This document shows positions 58,381 through 64,000 of a DNA stretch of 64,000 nucleotides, in pieces. The DNA lies in assembly GCA_963815095.1 (NCBI GenBank), contig CAWFFH010000003.1:544001-608000 (forward strand), in the 5' to 3' direction. The DNA is from Candidatus Bathyarchaeota archaeon (lineage in GTDB: Archaea > Thermoproteota > Bathyarchaeia > Bathyarchaeales > Bathycorpusculaceae). Under the pieces are notes generated by a model, which saw only the letters and a list, made by a program, of their open reading frames with translations, did no database searches and had not been told where the DNA came from. Within the stretch, counting starts at the first letter, position 1. Each line of letters begins with the position of its first letter. The translations under genes were made by a program, and so were the position numbers.

Positions 58381-58719
58381 ATGAGTGGAAGCGACCGTCA
58401 ACTACTAAGCTTCGGAGTATTCCTCATCATTATAGTTGTAGGAATACTGCTGGCTTTTGCTGGAGTAATAGGCTGGGGCCTGTTTGTACCAGTAATCGCG
58501 GTGCTTTCAGGCTGCTGGATAATAGCTTTAGCAGGCATACAAGCAGGTAAACAACAGAAGTACGCGCGTGGAACATTCAGTACGATGGCATCTGGCGTCG
58601 GACTCATCGTCCTCGGCATGGCATGGTACCTATTCAGTGTTAACTGGATCTACTCGCTCGTGGTTATCTTGCTGGCAATTGCCGCTTTAGCGATCGCAAC
58701 CGCACTAAGACGCAAATAA
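58381..58719 (+). CDS. Four-TM membrane protein
   Basis: Hydrophobic helices; operonic. Confidence 0.7.
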   Translation: MSGSDRQLLSFGVFLIIIVVGILLAFAGVIGWGLFVPVIAVLSGCWIIALAGIQAGKQQKYARGTFSTMASGVGLIVLGMAWYLFSVNWIYSLVVILLAIAALAIATALRRK

Positions 58720-58791
58720 ACCTTTGAGCCTTTTTTGGCTCTAAACATTTTTCTATGCCTTTGTACAGTCATGTTGCTGAAGGCAGCAGAC

Positions 58792-60414
58792 ATGAGTGAA
58801 GAAACTATCGGCCACGGCACATGGTACGACATGATGGCTAAGAAAGTCATCGAAAGAGAACAATCACTACACAGAGACATGAGCAAAATCCGAACCGAGA
58901 TGGGTCTTGGCGCCTCAGGATTCCCCCACATCGGCAGCTTAGGCGACGCATCCCGCAGCTACGCAGTTACGTTGGCACTTAAGAACCTGAACTGCAATTC
59001 TGAACTTGTTGCCTTCTGCGACGACAAAGACGGTTTACGCAAAGTTCCCGCCGGATTACCCGAAAACATTTCTCAAACTTTGGAGAAATACCTTGGATAC
59101 TCCGTATCCAGCATACCTGACCCGTTCGGATGCCATGAAAGCTACGGCAAACACATGAGCTCACTTCTGCTTGAAGCCCTTGACAAATGCGGGATAGAAT
59201 ACAAATATTATTCGGCTAAGGAAGTCTACGAGAAAGGATTACTTTTAGACGAGATAAGAACGATACTTACTAACGCCAAAAAAGTAGGCGAAATCGTCAA
59301 AGAAGAAGTTGGCCAAGAAACTTACACCGAGGTTTTGCCGTTCTTTGCGGTTTGCGAGAAATGTGGGCACCTCTACACCACGAGGGCTTACAAGTTTGAC
59401 CCCAAAACCGACAAGGTCTCCTACAAATGTGAAGGGCTTGAAATCCGAGGCAAACTAATCGCAGGTTGCGGTCACGAAGGCGAAGTGGACATTAAAAGCG
59501 GGGAGGGCAAATTGACGTGGAAGAGCGAGTTTGCTGCCCGCTGGAAAGCCTTGGACATTAGGTTTGAAGCTTATGGCAAAGACATCGCTGACTCCGTACG
59601 CATCAACGATCGCATTTGCCGCGAAGTGCTCTGTTTTGAACCGCCTTCTCACGCAAAATATGAAATGTTCCTAGACAAGGGTGGAAAAAAAATTAGCAAG
59701 TCGGCAGGAAACGTGTTCACACCCCAAGTGTGGTTCAATTACGGTTCGCCCCAATCGCTACTTTTGCTTATGCTTAAGCGGTTTGTGGGTACACGTACCT
59801 TGGATGTTTCTGACATTCCGGCGTACATCAACGAGATTGACTCCTTAGAGGACGTTTACTTTAGCAAAAAACAGGTCAGTGAAAAAGAAGGCGCCAAATT
59901 GAAAGGGTTATACCTTTACTGCTACGTCATGAAGCCGCCGACTAAACCCAGTGTTCATGTACCTTACAACCTCATGGCATTTCTCGTTAAGATGGCTCCT
60001 AAAGAATGCCTAAATGACTACGTTACAGAAAAACTGCAAAGTTACGGTTATCTGCAGAAAAACCAAGTTTTAGACGCCAACCTATTACAGCGCATCGAGT
60101 ATGCTTTGAACTGGACAAGGGACTTTGAAGAAATTAAGGAAACTACAATAGATCTAAGCGTTGAAGAGAAGAAAGCCATCACTGAATTTGTCACCAAACT
60201 TCAAACCGAAGACGACCCTGACAAAATCCAAAACGCAATCTTTAACGCAGCCAAAGACACCGGCATAAAACCCGGAGCCTTCTTCAAAACGTTATATCAG
60301 GTTTTGATGGGTGCACCACAGGGTCCTCGTTTGGGTCCATACGTTCTTGCTATGGGAAAACAAAACGTCATTGCCGCGCTACAAAGAGTCTTGAATCCCG
60401 TTAGCGATGAATAA
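58792..60414 (+). CDS. lysS: Class I lysyl-tRNA synthetase
   Basis: SGFPHIG, D.LRKVP, GKLTWK, GKD, KISKS, QGPRLG. Confidence 0.95.
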   Translation: MSEETIGHGTWYDMMAKKVIEREQSLHRDMSKIRTEMGLGASGFPHIGSLGDASRSYAVTLALKNLNCNSELVAFCDDKDGLRKVPAGLPENISQTLEKYLGYSVSSIPDPFGCHESYGKHMSSLLLEALDKCGIEYKYYSAKEVYEKGLLLDEIRTILTNAKKVGEIVKEEVGQETYTEVLPFFAVCEKCGHLYTTRAYKFDPKTDKVSYKCEGLEIRGKLIAGCGHEGEVDIKSGEGKLTWKSEFAARWKALDIRFEAYGKDIADSVRINDRICREVLCFEPPSHAKYEMFLDKGGKKISKSAGNVFTPQVWFNYGSPQSLLLLMLKRFVGTRTLDVSDIPAYINEIDSLEDVYFSKKQVSEKEGAKLKGLYLYCYVMKPPTKPSVHVPYNLMAFLVKMAPKECLNDYVTEKLQSYGYLQKNQVLDANLLQRIEYALNWTRDFEEIKETTIDLSVEEKKAITEFVTKLQTEDDPDKIQNAIFNAAKDTGIKPGAFFKTLYQVLMGAPQGPRLGPYVLAMGKQNVIAALQRVLNPVSDE

Positions 60415-60488
60415 TTTTTCTATTTTTTCTTGTTTGCTTCTCTTCGCGATGACGATAATTATAAATATTCACCGTTAATGAGTGAATC

Positions 60489-61292
60489 TTGGAGAACGGC
60501 CACAAATTGGTTTACCCAGCCTTAACGGACCTAGCAACCTTTGTTTTGGTTCTTGCTTTAGGGATCCCATCAGTCTATATCTTTTCGAAAGCGTTAAAGT
60601 TGAAACCTCAAGTTATTGCTTTTTCTGAAAAGAAGAAAGGGGCGATCTTGAGTTTCATTGTTTTTGTTGCGGTGTTTACTGGCGCGTTTGGAATATACGG
60701 TTTCTATGATAGAGTGTGGATTCGCGCTACATTGACGGCTGACCCTCTTTATGTTCTTAGAGATGTCATTGCAATTGCAATACTTCTTTTGCCAGCCTTT
60801 ATTGCTTTAAGGTACTCAAAGCAGAAATTAACAGACATTGCAGTTACCCGCAAAAATCTCGGAAAGAATCTTGCACTGGGCATTTTGACTAGCTTAATTC
60901 TAATTCTGTTTTTAGGCGTTCTTTCACCTTTTTTGGGCGGCGGTTTCGCGGGTTTTTCTGGAGCGACAGGTTATTTGCTTTTGAGTTATGTGATAATTGG
61001 TCTTGGTGAAGAAATCGTCTTTCGAGGGTACATCCAAACGAGATTGGTTGCCTTCCGCGGCTCAGCCGTCGGTGTGGGGGTAACGTCGCTTTGTTACGCT
61101 GCTTATAATTTTCCTTTAGGGTACTTTTGTTTCTCTGGAAATATTACGCTGGCTTTAGTGTATGGGTTTTGGAGATTTTCATCAGGGCTACTTTATGGAT
61201 ACACATTTCACAAGGGCCAAAACGTTCTCTCGTCGACTATTGTTCATATTTTTCTGGTCTGGGGCGGACTATTATTTGGCTTATATTTATGA
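60489..61292 (+). CDS. CPBP (Abi/CAAX) intramembrane protease family protein
   Basis: EEIVFRG motif, multiple TMs. Confidence 0.8.
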   Translation: MENGHKLVYPALTDLATFVLVLALGIPSVYIFSKALKLKPQVIAFSEKKKGAILSFIVFVAVFTGAFGIYGFYDRVWIRATLTADPLYVLRDVIAIAILLLPAFIALRYSKQKLTDIAVTRKNLGKNLALGILTSLILILFLGVLSPFLGGGFAGFSGATGYLLLSYVIIGLGEEIVFRGYIQTRLVAFRGSAVGVGVTSLCYAAYNFPLGYFCFSGNITLALVYGFWRFSSGLLYGYTFHKGQNVLSSTIVHIFLVWGGLLFGLYL

Positions 61293-61407
61293 TTGACTAA
61301 AAAAACAAGATATAGAAGGATGTTGCGGAAAGCAAAAGCCTTAACTTATTTGTCTCACAATTAATAGTTAGAGATTCTAATTTTATCTGGGCGCAGTTGG
61401 GGAATTT

Positions 61408-63039
61408 ATGGTTGAGTTCTCGAACAGTTTTACCAACGTAGAAACAGAAAAAGAGAATGCTAAAGCAGACGTTGAAGAAGATAAAACCCCAAGTTCCGCC
61501 TATTCATCTTGCGATTTAGTGTCTGATAAAGAACGCCTCAAAGACGTCTTAGACAATATTCCATCAGCAGTAATTGTTCTTGAGAAGCCAGATGGCAAAA
61601 TAACCTATGCCAACAAAAGAGCACTTGAACTCCATGGCGTAAACCCATGCGGACTTGAATTAGAAAAGCACGCAGTAAATTTGAAAATATACTCAATGGA
61701 TGGAAGGGTTTGTCCAACTAAAGAACTCTACACGTACAGGGCATTATTTAATGAGGAAACGGTACGTAACGCACCATTAATCCTTGGAAATGCAGATGGA
61801 AAAAAATTAATTGTTAACGTGAGTGCAAAACCACTCTACGACAAAGAAGGCAAAGTAAACGCAGCAATTGCAATTTTTGACGATGTAACTGAGCGCTTGC
61901 AAACTCAAGAAGCCCTCGAGGAAAGTGAGGCCCGATTGAAAATGGCGCAGAGGATTGCTCATGTGGGAAACTGGGAATATTACGTTAAAGAGGATAAAGC
62001 AATTTGGTCTGAAGAGTTATTCTATATTTTTGGTTTAAAACCGCAGCATTTCGGTCCTAACACGAGTGAGTATGTTGCTCGAATTTACCCTGACGATAGG
62101 GAAGCGATAAACAAGTCAATGGAGCAAATGCTCTTTAGCGATGGCTTATCTCATAAAGTTAGCTTTGATTATCGCATCATCCATAAGGATGGATCAATAC
62201 GAACTATTCATTCGGAACGTATGGTTAGAGAAATTGGGGAAGATAGCAAACCAACAAGAATAGTTGGAATAGAACAGGACATCACTACACGAAAGCAGAC
62301 CGAACAAAAACTTGAACAATACGCGAAGAATTTAGAGCAGCTTGTTGAGGAGCGAACAAAACAACTCAAGGATGCGGAACGGTTTGCGGCTATTGGGCAG
62401 ACGGCAGGCATGATTGGTCACGATATCCGCAACCCCTTGCAGGCTATTGCGGGAGAACTTTTTTTGATGAAACAAGATGTAGATAGTTCGCCTGACAGCC
62501 AATGCAAAGGAGAGGTTCAAGAAAGTTTAGTTTCTATCCAAGAACAAGTAGATTACATAAACAAAATAATCTCCGATTTACAGGACTTCGCAAAACCACT
62601 AAAACCTGAATTAGCGGAGGTTGAACTTTGCAGCGCCATTCCTCAGCTAGTTGCAACCGTTAATGTACCAGCAAACATTGAAGCGATGACAAACTGCAAC
62701 AGTGATTTACCAAAAATCAAACTCGATTTAACTTTCCTAAAGCGCATCCTAGTTAATCTGGCAACGAACGCCATTCAAGCCATGCCAAACGGCGGCAAAC
62801 TAACCATAAAAGCAGCTCAAGAAGCCAACTCTGTTTCCATCACAGTTTCCGACACAGGTGTGGGCATTCCAGATGAGGTAAAGCCGAAAATTTTCCAACC
62901 ACTAATGACCACTAAAGCTAAAGGACAAGGATTCGGACTCGCTGTGGTTAAACGTTTAGTGGAGGCTCAGGGTGGCTTGATTACTTTCGAGAGCAAGGTG
63001 GGCGAAGGGACGGAGTTTAAAATGACTTTTCCTAAATAA
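61408..63039 (+). CDS. Soluble PAS-PAS sensor histidine kinase
   Basis: Two PAS/PAC domains, HDIRNPL, NAIQAM, DTGVG, G.GFGL. Confidence 0.93.
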   Translation: MVEFSNSFTNVETEKENAKADVEEDKTPSSAYSSCDLVSDKERLKDVLDNIPSAVIVLEKPDGKITYANKRALELHGVNPCGLELEKHAVNLKIYSMDGRVCPTKELYTYRALFNEETVRNAPLILGNADGKKLIVNVSAKPLYDKEGKVNAAIAIFDDVTERLQTQEALEESEARLKMAQRIAHVGNWEYYVKEDKAIWSEELFYIFGLKPQHFGPNTSEYVARIYPDDREAINKSMEQMLFSDGLSHKVSFDYRIIHKDGSIRTIHSERMVREIGEDSKPTRIVGIEQDITTRKQTEQKLEQYAKNLEQLVEERTKQLKDAERFAAIGQTAGMIGHDIRNPLQAIAGELFLMKQDVDSSPDSQCKGEVQESLVSIQEQVDYINKIISDLQDFAKPLKPELAEVELCSAIPQLVATVNVPANIEAMTNCNSDLPKIKLDLTFLKRILVNLATNAIQAMPNGGKLTIKAAQEANSVSITVSDTGVGIPDEVKPKIFQPLMTTKAKGQGFGLAVVKRLVEAQGGLITFESKVGEGTEFKMTFPK

Positions 63040-63124
63040 CCTGAGCTCCCAAGACCACTATTTTTAAGTCTAAGCAAGGTATTTACTATTCTGCCCTTTC
63101 AATTTCTTGGGACAAACAATAGTT

Positions 63125-63203
63125 GGGCTCGTCGTCTAGTACGGATTAGGGCACCGGCCTGCGGAGCCGGACGTCAGGGGTTCAAATCCCCTCGGGCCCG
63201 CCA
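63125..63203 (+). tRNA. tRNA-Arg(GCG)
   Basis: GGGCTCG/CGGGCCC plus GCCA; CCGGC-CTGCGGA-GCCGG; TTCAAAT. Confidence 0.95.
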
Positions 63204-63422
63204 CACATTCCTAAAACAAATTTAACCGGCAAAAAAACAACCTCTTTATTTCTGTTTTTTATTCGAGGCAAAGCCTGAAATGGTCAGCTGAAAAATACTC
63301 TCTTGCACAAATATGCTCTTCTTCTTATAGACTGGTTACTTCGGAGCCTCTGCGCACCAACGCTGTAGTCTTCTTTCAGAATATTTTGTTGCTCCTATTT
63401 TTGATGCACTACAATTTCGATT

Positions 63423-63594
63423 AGAAGAAGAAAAAATCGACAATTTTTTTAATGATTCCTTCTTCTTTCAACTTAACACTGAAACTAACAAGAAGAACAA
63501 CAACACTACACCGCCATCTGTTGTTGTTCTCCCGATCAATAAAGCAACCTTTCAACTGGTAGAAGAAAAGCAAATTTTCCAACCTTCTTCTTCT
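63423..63594. repeat. Three consecutive AGAA-rich/TTCT-rich inverted repeats
   Basis: 63423-30/63459-66, 63494-505/63519-30 (12 bp perfect), 63561-67/63585-94. Confidence 0.45.
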
Positions 63595-63634
63595 TTTAAG
63601 TTGAGCTTATAAACAATTTATTATGTGATTCATA

Positions 63635-63684
63635 GGTTCAAGTGCCGGCGCCCCGATACCTCCTTATCGACATGGCACTAAAAC
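63635..63684 (+). ncRNA. Candidate small RNA hairpin with a CCTCCT loop
   Basis: AGTGCC/GGCACT and CGATA/TATCG stems; CTTATAAA box at 63606-63613. Confidence 0.4.
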
Positions 63685-63717
63685 GACTATATGTAATTGG
63701 ATGTAGTTTGAGAGCAA

Positions 63718-64000
63718 TTATTTGCTCAACTTTGGTTGGACTTTTGGTTTCTGTTGGCTTTGGATTTTGTTGGCTGCCCAGTAGATAAGGTTGCTTATAG
63801 CTATCGCGAACGCTGGAAATGCAGGAAGTATGTACCATTCTAGTTTGGTTTGGGCAAAAGTGAAGATTAGAAGCACGATTGCCATCCATGCGAGAAGCAA
63901 TGTATCTGCTTTTGAACGCTTAAACACCAAATTAAAAGTGCAAAGTGCAGCGGCAAAAGGCAAAAGAATTGCCCACAGCGTCTCTTTGCTGAATAAATAG
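63718..64000 (-). CDS. C-terminal part of an ArnT/GT39-like membrane glycosyltransferase (partial)
   Basis: IFTFAQTKLEWYILPAFPAFAI motif; open to the window edge. Confidence 0.7.
   Translation of the reverse strand, partial: YLFSKETLWAILLPFAAALCTFNLVFKRSKADTLLLAWMAIVLLIFTFAQTKLEWYILPAFPAFAIAISNLIYWAANKIQSQQKPKVQPKLSK

Noticed and set aside
1902-63203. The two similar tRNA-Arg genes as att repeats of one giant island
   Set aside because: They are inverted, both full length with different anticodons, and they enclose housekeeping genes.
63423-63600. CRISPR array
   Set aside because: Units are neither identical nor regularly spaced, and there are no cas genes in the window.
63641-63679. HDV-like ribozyme
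   Set aside because: Only a nested hairpin is visible; the double pseudoknot cannot be built.

Overview
Archaeal chromosomal window, most consistent with Bathyarchaeia. This is an inference from the HMf-type histone, class I LysRS, Hel308, rpS17e, UPF0147/UPF0148, frequent TTG starts and Bathyarchaeia-style integrases. The backbone carries carbon metabolism (DUF2090 aldolase plus divergent glpX, GT4 glycogen-synthase-like gene, bacterial-type gap plus pgk), nucleotide metabolism (tmk, HD dNTPase, purB), a ~13.5 kb surface-glycan cluster (23.3-36.8 kb), an Fe-S operon (degenerate iscS, iscU, sufS), an ABC exporter, a Zn-ribbon/SPFH membrane operon, lysS, a PAS histidine kinase and three tRNAs (Arg-CCG, Glu-TTC, Arg-GCG). 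There are two tyrosine-integrase elements. One sits at the 3' end of tRNA-Arg(CCG) and is cut by the window edge. The other is an apparently complete, AT-rich ~9.3 kb element (12100-21440) whose likely att core is the TATA-like box upstream of rps17e, with symmetric internal inverted arms. It carries a HerA/FtsK-like ATPase, a nonsense-split HEPN-like gene, an HNH nuclease, a PD-(D/E)XK nuclease, an unannotated 32-aa Lys-rich peptide and a long hairpin flanked by convergent promoter-like motifs. Other signals are a sufS with no canonical start lying in the -1 frame behind an A8 slippery run at the iscU end, CTG/ATA candidate start codons, and a promoter-preceded hairpin displaying an anti-Shine-Dalgarno loop. 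All family names come from motif recognition by eye, not database searches.
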